Positions 52,177 to 62,928 of a stretch of DNA of 64,000 nucleotides are shown in pieces. The notes beneath the pieces were generated by a model, which did not search any database, was not told the DNA's origin, and was given only the letters and a program-made list of their open reading frames with translations. Location: the NCBI RefSeq assembly GCF_963921235.1, contig NC_086108.1:62064001-62128000 (forward strand), given 5' to 3'. The DNA is from Mobula hypostoma (taxonomy: Eukaryota). Positions within the stretch are counted from its first letter, which is position 1; each line of letters begins with the position of its first letter. The translations under genes were made by a program, and so were the position numbers.

Positions 52177-52734
52177 TTAAACTCTTCGTTCCTTTTAAAA
52201 TAAACGCAGCCTTACTTGTGCCACCAAGATCATTGTTGAAATCTCAGGTACGGTAACTGTGACGTTCTACTTAACAAAAATGGAAACATCACGGAAGGCC
52301 ACATTCAACTGCAAAATATGGAAGTTGGTGAAATCTGAGAAGACAAAAGACACCTTGGATGCAGATTTTCTTGCTGAGATCCCAGGCTCCAGTAACTATC
52401 CAGAAGCAGTCAAAATAGTTTTAAACTATAGCACCTGCTGTTTCTGTTTGAATTTTTTTTCAATGGCCCCATAAACAACTTAATTTTTGTAATAATACTC
52501 CAATACAGCAGGAAAAACTGTTAAAGAAATTCTGAGTAGTTAATCTTTAAAAAAAATTGTTGTATCTCATGGACTTTCTTTCTTATTTATTTTCCTTTAC
52601 AAACAAGCCAAATTGTACTAAAAATTCCACTGGCTCTTTCACTACAACATTGGGCCATCTTTCTAAAAATGCCATTAGATTTTTGAAAGTGAAATATCAG
52701 ACACTAATATCAGTACAAATACATGCAGAAGGAA

Positions 52735-52899
52735 TTAATTACTGGATTCTACTGGAAGCTCAGCAATAGCTTCAAATTTATTGTTCCTGTCTTCAACAGT
52801 ATAACCTGAAAGGAACAAATCTTCAATCTGGGCCAGAAACTCTTCAGTGACTGCAGTATTCCACTGATTTTCCAATGTTTTCCGCATGGATTCAAGCAG
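52735..52899 (-). CDS. MYSM1: MYSM1 last coding exon (to TAA)
   Basis: tactacag|CTG. LLESMRKTLENQWNTAVTEEFLAQIEDLFLSGYTVEDRNNKFEAIAELPVESSN*, matching MYSM1 LLE.MRKTL...EEFL..IE.LFLS.Y; in frame with the preceding exon. Confidence 0.9.
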   Translation of the reverse strand: MLESMRKTLENQWNTAVTEEFLAQIEDLFLSGYTVEDRNNKFEAIAELPVESSN

Positions 52900-53069
52900 C
52901 TGTAGTACAAGAGAAGTTAAAAATATATTTATACATTTTGAGTTCTTTAGCTAAAACAGTGATAACTACATTCTAAATATTAAATTATTCCAATACATAA
53001 GAGCGTGTTTACTATTACAAGAAAAACTTTTAGCTTTATATTTTCTTTAAGAATTATGATCATCTCAAG

Positions 53070-54300
53070 ACATCACCAAATAAAATTTGATATCTGGACT
53101 GAGAAGCAGACTTTATGGAGCATCTTAGATGAAAGAAGACAGGTAAAGAATCCAAGGGACTGAATTCTAAAGTTTAAGGCTGAAGCAATTGAAAGCATTA
53201 CCATCACTACTGGAGTGACTGAATTCAAGAGAGAAATAGGTGAGCAGATATCTTACAGTCTTAGGGTTAGAGGAAATTATAGTCACAGAAGAGTGATACC
53301 ATGGAGGAATTTGAAAGTAATTTTAAAAGTTGATACATTGCTTAACTGTTGGTCAGTCTAAATTGACACATGAATAGCTGAATTTTGCTTGGCCTCGTCT
53401 TTTAAGAAGGAGGAATGAGAGAGAGTTTCAGAGAAACGAGCGTATTAAGGATCAGTCCTTGGAGAACACCAAGGCAAAATATAAGAATAGGAAGAGTAGA
53501 CATTGGAAGTTACTCCTTGCTATGATTAAATTACTACGAAAGGAATAAAGTGACAGTGATCCTCTTCAACTGAATGATAGTCGAGCAGACTAACATTAGA
53601 AAAGGATGATTTGGCCAGCCCTGTGAAAAGATGCAGATAGGCAAAGAAGGACTGATCACATATCCAAAGTGAGACAAAATTTCATTACTGATTTCAATGC
53701 TATGGCATGACTGAAATATGATGGAAGGGTCTAAACATGTAGAGTCGAGGCAGGTGGATAGGTGTTTGAAGGGAAAAAGATAGTGAAGAAAGGGCACGTT
53801 TAAGAATCGAAGGGTCAATGAAGAGAGATAAAGCAATGTTAGAACCATGGGAAAAGTCAATGAAGAAAGTAACCATTGATATCAGCTAACATGGGGCTAG
53901 AAAGCAAACTGAGTGCTTAGCAGTTCTGCTAAATTGGTTTAAAGGAGAAGGAAGTGGGTTTTATTAATAAACTCAGCCAGGATACAACAGGAGAGAAAGA
54001 TACAAATCTGGGAAAAGGACTTGGGTGAAGGGAACAACATAAGAATAAACCTCTTTGGTTCTGGAAGTTGCACAGGCACCATGATAGACAAGGCAGGAAA
54101 AGTGGTGGGAGGTGGAGCCAAATGGGTAGGTAATATTTAGGGGTAGCTTATCAAGATTTGCATTTAAAAATTGATGTTGATGTAATTATCTACAATAAAT
54201 ATTGGACGGCAAAGTAACAAATGATGCATATGGATGGGAGGGTTGTAGGGATTTAAAGGATGTGAAGAGTTGGTCATAATTGATAGGCTAGTAAAAATTA
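53070..54300 (-). mobile_element. Decayed L2-like LINE in the last MYSM1 intron
   Basis: Purine-rich + strand resembling the reverse complement of an L2 RT/3' region (GVLQG.IL remnant at ~53470); weak. Confidence 0.5.
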
Positions 54301-54774
54301 TAGTCTCTAGGGAGACCCATTTAACCAGATTTCCAACTTAATAAGTGATGAATGTCTTCAGATTTCCACAGCCACATACAATTGATGCTAATCCAAGGGC
54401 TCATAGGCATGAAATCAAGAGGCATAGAAGTTTAATGCCTCTATGTATCATGGGGGACACCACTGGCCTTCAGGGGGTTGTTAACACTCCACTTTTTTCA
54501 TCCTGTCAGCAAATCTTTGGCAGATTTAAAAAGCAGTCTCTTTGGCCTTTATCATAAAAAAATTGTGTAAATGTTTCTGACTGTAACAATGGTTAGTAAA
54601 GTGCAAAACGGAAACATTAAAATATAATAGAATAAATAGGCGCTGTTCCCATTAAATACATATTTTCCAAGTATAAGATGTTATACTTCTAAATTTCAGT
54701 CACAGTTTTACCCCCATCTATTCGACAATATTATAGATAAAACAGCTTTAACATTCTGTTTTTTCTAAACATAC

Positions 54775-54832
54775 CTTCTGCAGACATGTTAAGTTGGAGT
54801 GTCTATGAAACATTCGAAGCATTGGCACACTA
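54775..54832 (-). CDS. MYSM1: MYSM1 penultimate coding exon
   Basis: ttttacag|T...AAG|gtatgt; 58 nt. SVPMLRMFHRHSNLTCLQK resembles the MYSM1 C-terminal SVPM..IF..DS.LTCLQK. Synteny with OMA1 agrees. Confidence 0.9.
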
Positions 54833-55902
54833 CTGTAAAAGGGATAAAAGTAAACCCTTCAGTAATTGTTTGTTCTTAAACATATCTAAAATGTTTTATT
54901 GCTTACATTAACAAGCTGGTGACTATCAAAAACTCATTTAAATCAGTAGCTAAACAGATGTTTATAAAATAGTAGCCAGAATATTATTGATACTTTCATT
55001 TTTCACCTGTATTTCTAACATTGGTACATTTCCACAACCACCCCGCCTCCCCATCCACCAAAGTAAAATTTCATTTGGAGGATCATCATGTTGTACACTC
55101 ACAGGTTCTTCAGCCCTTCAAGTCTGACCACTTTTGTATCTCTCTATACTATTCCCATTTACCCACTTCAGGCCCATAACCTTCTATATCTTGATGAATT
55201 TAGTAATGTCCAGATACTTCTTAAATGTTTCAAGATCATCTGCTTCTACAACCTCTTCAGACAGCATGTTCCAGATTCCAGTCATGCTCTGTATGAAAAA
55301 ATCTCCCTCAGATTCCCTGTAAACTTCCTATCTTTCACTTGAAGCCTATGCTCTCGTCTTAGATATCCCCAATATGGGAAAATATTATTATTGCCCTTAT
55401 CCATCTGCCTCAATTATATAGACCTCTATTAGGTCATTCCTCCAGAGAAATAAAAATCTAGCCTATCCTGACTCTCCAAATAATTGAAATGCTTGATGCC
55501 GAGTAACATTCTTGTGATTCTCCTTTGCACCTTCGCCATTGTAGCTAGGACTTCAACAATTTAGCTTTACAATGACTTCTATTTCATTGGTCTGCATCCA
55601 TCTCCCTACTAGTATCATCACCGAGCCAGTACAGATCCATGATTACCCACATACAAAATTCTACTAGTCAAGAGTGACTATTGACCAAGAATGTTAGTGT
55701 CTCACTAGATACCAATCAGGAGAGGAACCCTGAATGATATGCCTTCTGTGAGTGAGGAGCATGAAGTCTAATTGTGCTGATTCTATTTTTAACTTGGTTG
55801 CGATCTATCAAGCATTTTTATTTCTATTTTAATTTATCCATCTTCTTGTCCGCCCATTTATTTATGGGTGTGACCATTGCTGGTAAACATTAACTCACTG
55901 GA

Positions 55903-56110
55903 GCACAAACATGAGGAAATCTGCAGATGCTGGAAATTCAAGCCACACACACAAAAAATGCTGGTGAACGCAGCAGACCAGGCAGCGTCTATAGGAAGAG
56001 GTACAGTCGACGTTTCAGGTCCTGATGAAGGGTCTCGGCCCGAAACGTCGACTGTACCGTTTCCTATAAATGCTGTCTGGTCTGCTGTGTTCACCAGCAT
56101 TTTCTGTGTG
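55903..56110. mobile_element. 208-bp fold-back pLTR mini-element with intact hammerhead (56018-56053, +)
   Basis: Arms ~55948-56017 and ~56041-56110 are inverted copies; 14-bp TSD ATTAACTC(A/T)CTGGA at 55889-55902 and 56111-56124. Confidence 0.9.
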
Positions 56111-56160
56111 ATTAACTCTCTGGATATACTTATTCAGACAACAACCACATTATACATATA

Positions 56161-57861
56161 TATTCGCAAGAAAAAGTTTGTGAACCTTTTGCAGTTAACT
56201 GGTTTACTGCATTAACGTGGTCTGATCTTTATCTAAGTCAGAATTATATACAAACATAATCTGCCTAAACTAATAACACACACACATACACACACACAAT
56301 TGCACTTCTTCTCATCAATACTAAGTACACCATTTAAATAATCACAATCTAGGTTCAAAAAGGACGTGAATCTCTGGGGTAATGCCTTCTACAAAAGCTA
56401 TTCGGAGTTAGATGTTTCAATCAATGAGATGAGATCGGAGGTGTGGATTGTAGAGGTGCCCCCGCCCTATAAAAAATACACAATGCCAAGTTACTGACAG
56501 AGCCTGCTCTTCTCAAGAAAGATCCATTTATGTACACAATGCCTCAATCAAAACAACTTTCAGAAGACCTTAGAAGGAGAATTACAGAGATGCATGAAGC
56601 TGGAAAAAGCTGCAAAAGCATTTTTAAAGACTTGAGCAACACACACAAAATGCTGGAGGAAGTCAGCAAGCCAGACAGCATCTATGGAAAAAAGTAGTTA
56701 ATGTTTCCACCTGAAACCCTTCGGCACTGTAAGAGAAATTGTCTACAAATGGAGGAAATTCAGTACTGTTGCTACTTTCCCTAGGAGTGGGTGTCCTGCA
56801 AAGATCACATCAAGAGCACACCATACAATGGTGAAGGAGGAGAAAAAGGACACAAGGGTGACAGTAAAAGACCAGCAGAAATCTCTAGAACTTGCTAAAG
56901 TCTCTGTTCATGTGTCCACTACCAAAAAAATACTGAACAAGAATGGTGTTCATGGAAGGGCAGCACGGAGGAAACCACTGCTCTCCAAAAAAAAAATATT
57001 GTTCCATATCTCAAGTTTGCAAAAGACTGCAGTATTTGGGTGTTCCACAATGCTTCTGGGACAGTGTTTTGTGAACAGATGAGACAAAAGTTGAACTTTT
57101 TGGCAGAACTGCACACCACAATGCTTGAAAGAAAATGGGCACTGCACACCAACACTAAAAGCTCATCCTTACTGTAAAGTACGTTGGAAGGAGAATCATC
57201 GGGTTGGGGCTGCTTTGTTGCCTCAGAGGCTGAACAGTTTGCAATCGTTGAGGGAACACAGAATTCCAAATTGAATCAAGACATTTTACAGGAGAAAATC
57301 AGGATAGCAGTCCGTCACCTGAAGCTTAATAGAAATTGCATAATGTAGCAAGACAATAATCCGAAAGACAAGAATAAACCAACAACAGAATGGTTTAAAA
57401 AGAAGAAAATTTGTATATTGGAATGGCTGAGTCAGAGTCCAGACCTTAATGCAATTGAGATGCTATGGCATGAACTGAAGACGGTTGTTCAAGCAAGATG
57501 TCCCAGAAATACAGATGAACTGAAACTTTTGTATGAAGGAATAGTCTAAAATTCTTCTTCGCCGTTGTGCAGGTCTGATCAGCAACTACAGGAAAGGTTT
57601 GGTGGAGGTTATTGCTGCTAAAGGAGGCTCTACCAATTATTAAATACAAGGGTTCACATACTTTTTCCAGCCTGGACTGTGAATGACGAAACAATATGTT
57701 CAATAAAGACATGAAAAGTACAATTGTTTGTGTCTTAGTAGTTTAGGCAGATTGTGTTTGTCTATTATTGTGACTTAGATGAAAATCAGACCACATTTTA
57801 TGAGTAATTAATGCAGAAAACCAGGTAATTGCAAAGGTTCACAAACTTGTTCTTGCAACTG
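56161..57861 (+). mobile_element. Full-length decayed Tc1 (DD34E, IR/DR type) transposon
   Basis: ~200-bp TIRs (GCAAGAAAAAGTTTGTGAACC / GGTTCACAAACTTGTTCTTGCAACTG). Transposase from ATG 56539 (MPQSKQLSEDLRRRI) to TAA 57643 with ARRKPLL, DETK, QDN, W.SQSPDLN.IE; frameshifts; pLTR fragment inserted at ~56633-56726. Confidence 0.93.
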
Positions 57862-57887
57862 GATATAAAGATGTATTTTCACATGCA

Positions 57888-58564
57888 TAGTGGATTCCAG
57901 TTAATTGTGACACAGGGCAAGAATATTTTGGTCAATTATGTGGCTGCCCCAATTATCCAAAATTTCATGGAAATAGTTAAGAAGATATAAAAAAGAGAGA
58001 CTACCATTTAACTGAGTAACAAATTGTACATTTAAATGAAATACCTAACAAATTAGAAGCCCACCAATACTACAGTACTATAAAACTGTCTATTAGCTGG
58101 TAATAGTTATCAATAGAGGAATTCATACAGAGTACACTGCCATGCTCTTTTGATTGACTGTAAATTGACAAAATCAGCAAATACTCTTAGGGTAATTTTT
58201 TTGGCTAGTGTCAAATCATTTGGTGGCATCGTGCCAAGGATAGGAATTTTTTAAAGTCAAAATAAAAAACAAAGTTATCAAAAATCACTGCTTTCTGATT
58301 CGGCATCCGTTGGCCCAAATGGATAACATAATACAAGCACACACAACTGATGGTACTTAAAAAACTTTGCTTTAAGCATGGGGTAGTGTTTAACAGCCAC
58401 ACAACTGTTCGGCAACAGTATCCTGTCCCAATTAAGCAGAACAGTGTCCCAATTAATCAAAGGGAAACTTGGCTATTTTCTCAATTAGTTTTTGTCCTTT
58501 AAGGTTCACCCCAAATATGCAGCTATCCTGATTAATCAATGGCCCAATTAACAGGAATTCATTG
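57888..58564. mobile_element. Tigger/TcMar-like non-autonomous element
   Basis: Imperfect TIRs (T)AGTGGATTCCAGTTAATTG / CCCAATTAACAGGAATTCATTG followed by TA; repeated CCCAATTAA subterminal motifs. Confidence 0.7.
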
Positions 58565-59374
58565 TATATAGAGAGAGATCTCCATCAAGATACCAAATTG
58601 AACATAGGATGTTCCAGTTCTATAAAGTCACAGTTCAGTGAAAACAGTATTACATATAAAAAAAGACAAGTGACTGGAAGAACCTACTGGACCAATCAGC
58701 ATTTGTGGAGGCAAGAAGATGGTCATAGTTTCAGGTTGAGACCCTGCACCAGTCCTGAGAAAGGGTTTTATCCCAAAGTGTTCATCATTGCTACCTCTAC
58801 AGTTGCTGCTTGATCAGCTGAATTTTTCCAACCGTTTGTTTTTCATACGCAATACTTTTACTGCAATAGAAGGTTAATAAATCAGCAACGATGGAATGGC
58901 AGAGCTGACTCAATGGGCCAAGTGGCCTAACTTTCTTCGAAGTTTTATGGTCTTATAGTTTATTTTTTGCTTCAGATTTGACAATTCGCAGTCTCTTGCA
59001 ATACACAAAGAGATGGAGGAACTCAGCAGGTCAGGCAGCATCTATGGACGAAACTAGAGTTGACATTTTGGGCTGAGACTCCTCATCCACACATCTGCAG
59101 TCTCTTGTTCCACATACAGCATATACATATAGTTAAGACATTTTCAGTTCTATTACCATAATATCATATACTTTCTCATTTATTATTTACTGCACATATC
59201 AAGCAACATAAAAGCACTGTCAGAGAAGTAAACAGTGCTCTTTTTCTGATGGTGTAATATACTGTATGTAGAAATAATTCATATTCTGCTACATCACAGC
59301 TAGAAATTGAAAGGCTGCAGTTGCTTCAAATCTAGAATAATAAGAATATGGGGGGAAAATATCCTTAAGTAACA

Positions 59375-60545
59375 CTAATAAAATGCTGGAGGAACCTCAG
59401 CAGGTCAGGCAGCATCTATGGAACTGAAAAAAACAGGCAGAAACATGTCATCAGGTCAGAAAGGAAGAGGGAAAATGCCAGAATAATAAGGTGGGGGGAG
59501 GGAAAAGGGGTGATAGATGAAGACAGGTGGGTGGGGAGGGGGAATGAAGTAAGAAGCTGGGAGGTGATGGGGGAAAAGGGCAAAGGAAAGGAGGAGGGGC
59601 ACCAGGTGAGATGATAAACATGTGAGGAGAAGAGATAAGCGACCACATTGGGGAAATGAGGAAGCGGGAAGGAGGAGGAGAAAAAAAAATAGCAGAAGTT
59701 GGAGAAATCGATGCTCATGTCATCAGGTTGGAGGCTACCTAGACGGAATATAAGGCCAACCCGAGAGTGGCCTCAGCATGGCAGAACAGGAGGCCATGGA
59801 CCGACATGTCAGAATGGGAATAGGGATAGAAAGTGAAATGGTTGGCCACCAGGAAATTCCTCTTTTTGTGGATGGAGCTGAAGTGCTTGCCAAAGCAGTC
59901 CCCCAATGTATGTCATATCTCACCAAGTAGAGGAGGCTGCATCGGGAGCACCAGACGTAGTAAATGACCCCAGCAGATTCGCAGGTGAATTGTTGCCTCA
60001 CCAGAAGGATCGCTTGGACCACTGAACAGAGGTGAGGGAGGAGGTGAATGGACAGATGTAGCACTTCTGCTGCTTGCAGGGATCAGTGCCAGGAGAGAGA
60101 TTGGTGGGGAGGGATGGATGGACAAGGGAATCATAGAGGGAGTAATCCCTGCAGAAAGCAGAAAGTGGGGGTATGGAAAGATGTGTTTGGTATTCAGGTC
60201 CCGTTAAAAATGGCGGAAGATGCAGAAGCTCATGGGGTGGTAGGTGAGGACAAGAGGAACTGTTAAGGCAGTGGGAATGAGGTGAATGTGAATGAGGGCA
60301 GCATTGATAGTGGAGGAAGAGAAACCTTGTTCTTTGAAGGAGGAGGATATCTCTGATGCCCTGGAAAGGAAGCCTTCATCCTGGGAACAAATGTGGCAGA
60401 GACAAAGGAACTGATAAGAGGGATCAGCATTTTTACAGGAGACAAGGCGGGAAGAGGTATAGTCAATATACAGTAGCCGTAAGAATCAGTGGGTTTATAA
60501 CAGATATCAGTAGACAGCTTGTCTCCAGTGATGGAAATGGAAAGT
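59375..60545 (-). mobile_element. Penelope 3' fragment
   Basis: VRQQFTCESAGVIYYVWCSRCSLLY, MSIDFSNF, pLTR. Confidence 0.85.
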
Positions 60546-62444
60546 AAAATCCCGAAGTTACAAGTTTATTCACTATTTTTTCTGGAAATCCTAAAATTGT
60601 TATTAGCTTGTGAGAAAAATTGCTCTTTGGATCAAGTCAGATATGATAACAAACTCAAATGCCTCAGGAAGATTGCAAACAAAGATGATATTCAGTTGTT
60701 ACTTTCTCTGATATTCATGCCATATTCATCTCCTGTCAGAATCACCTTATGTAGAGATATTCCTGTGCCTAATGTCTATTAATGGATATACAAGCAATTT
60801 ACGTATATAAGCCATCTTACATATTTATATTTAATGTGTTGTTAATTATTATTGTGTCTTAATCTTATTGTGTTATTTTGAACTGCATTGGATCCGGAGT
60901 AACAATTATTTTGTTCTCTTTTACACTTGTGTACTGGAAATGATAATGAATAATCTTGAGTCTTGAATGATACTGCCGTTGTCATTATTTACCAAATGTA
61001 GATCAATAAAGCTAAACCTACTGCAATTAATGTAGCCGGCTGCATTACAAGCAGTCTGTAGCTAGGCAAGCCTAATTAATAAATTTGGAAAAGACCTGTT
61101 ATTTGCAAATTTTGCAATATCCACATCCCAATGATGTATATATTTAAATAAATAACCGCTTTCAAACAACATCAGTAAAATACATCATAAGCTTGTTTAT
61201 CATCCATTTGTCAATCAACTATCATGTCTGCAAAGCAAACATACATTTTTTTCTACAACAGAGAACATGTTAAGAATATTTAATTTGCTGTAAATCATCA
61301 TGGACCATTTTATAACAGAAAGATAAACTTTTTCATACAGTACTATAAATCTGTTTGGTTCAGAATCAACTTATTATATTTTACAGCTGTCTTCAATGTT
61401 GCTGAAAACATGCTGGACAGCTTGTAATATTTTAGTCACTTAGATTTTTAAAATAACCAATTTCAACACTGTGTCTCAGGGTTTCCCAACTATTACTTAC
61501 ATCATGTCGTTATGTGAGGTGTATGGTATATAATCATGACTTATGAACATGACCACCACCCCATCAACAGACTGCAAATGACAAGGGGGTCAAATCTATC
61601 CGTGCAACAATTTTACTTTGCCAGATCTAGCTCAATTAGGTCAAATGTATGCATTGAAATTGAAGGAGGCCTTTGCCTCTTAAATTCTTGAAAAGATATG
61701 TCACTGTTAGAAATGGTACTAAATCTCCAGATAGCATTTATAGTTTGCAAATTAGCCTACATAATGATACAAATCACCAATTCAGAGAATTGTTATGATG
61801 GAAAGTGCTATGAAACTACTGTACCTACAGTACTGTGCTGGGATCTTAGTGCGGTGGTTCATGAAATTCAGAAGGTAAAGGTAGAATTATAGTAAGTACT
61901 TAAGAAAGTAATTAGTGGGTTACTCTTACTTTCAAACATGTTGTTCAAAGTTCATTGCTGAAAATGTACAAGGTTATGGTGTGACCTTACCATCGAGTAG
62001 AGACACTGGACTGATTTCTGGGATGTGGAGATCACACTGTGAGAAGAAATTGGCTGTGATATGCACACTAGAACTTAGAAGAGTAAGAGATGACACAAAC
62101 AAGATTCTGAGAGTGTGTGACAGAGCTGCATGCTCCTTCCTCAAGACCAAAAATGGGAACATTAAAGGTCAGTTATTGAGGATTGGAATAAAGAAAAAAA
62201 TATTTAAGCAGAGAATTGTAAATCTTTCAAATTCTATACCTCAAAGGCCAGAGGGTGCTTATCACTTTGGGAATGCAAGGCTGGGATTAATAAATTTTCA
62301 AACACTAAGAGGATCACAAAAAAGGGGAATCGACCAAAATGGCTTGAGGCATTGAGTTAGTCAAGGTCTAAATGACTAGAAAAGCAAGTTCAAAGAGGTG
62401 CATGGCTTACTCCTGCTTCTAATTATTATGCTCTTAGCATTTCA

Positions 62445-62860
62445 TCAAAAGTCAAAGTGAAATTTATTATCAAAGAATGTATATGTTAACATATACCACA
62501 ATGAGATTCATTTTCTTGCAGGCATTGACAGAAAAATAAAAAATACAATAGAATTTACAAAAAAATATACATAATCAAAGACTAACAAACAATTGATGTG
62601 CAAAAGAAGACAAGTTGTACAAACAAAAAATAATAGTAAGAACATGGATTGTAAAGAGTCCTTGGAAGTAAGTCTGTAGGTTGTAGTATCAGTTCAGAGA
62701 TGTGCTAAGTGAAGTTATCCATGCAGAACCTACGTGAACCTATAAGAAAGTAGAGGTACTGTCGTGCCTTCTTTATGATGGCACTTACATACTGGTCCTA
62801 GGACAGATCCTACGATATGATAATGCAAAGAATTTAAAGCTACTGACCCTCTCCATCATA
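62445..62860 (-). mobile_element. Rex1-like LINE 3' end
   Basis: Minus-strand AATAAA + (TTTGAC)-type tail; upstream RT C-terminal remnant. Confidence 0.6.
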
Positions 62861-62928
62861 TTTACCATAAATATTGTCCAAGCTACAGTGTACTAGCATT
62901 ATGACCCAAAACAGATCCTACATCCATT

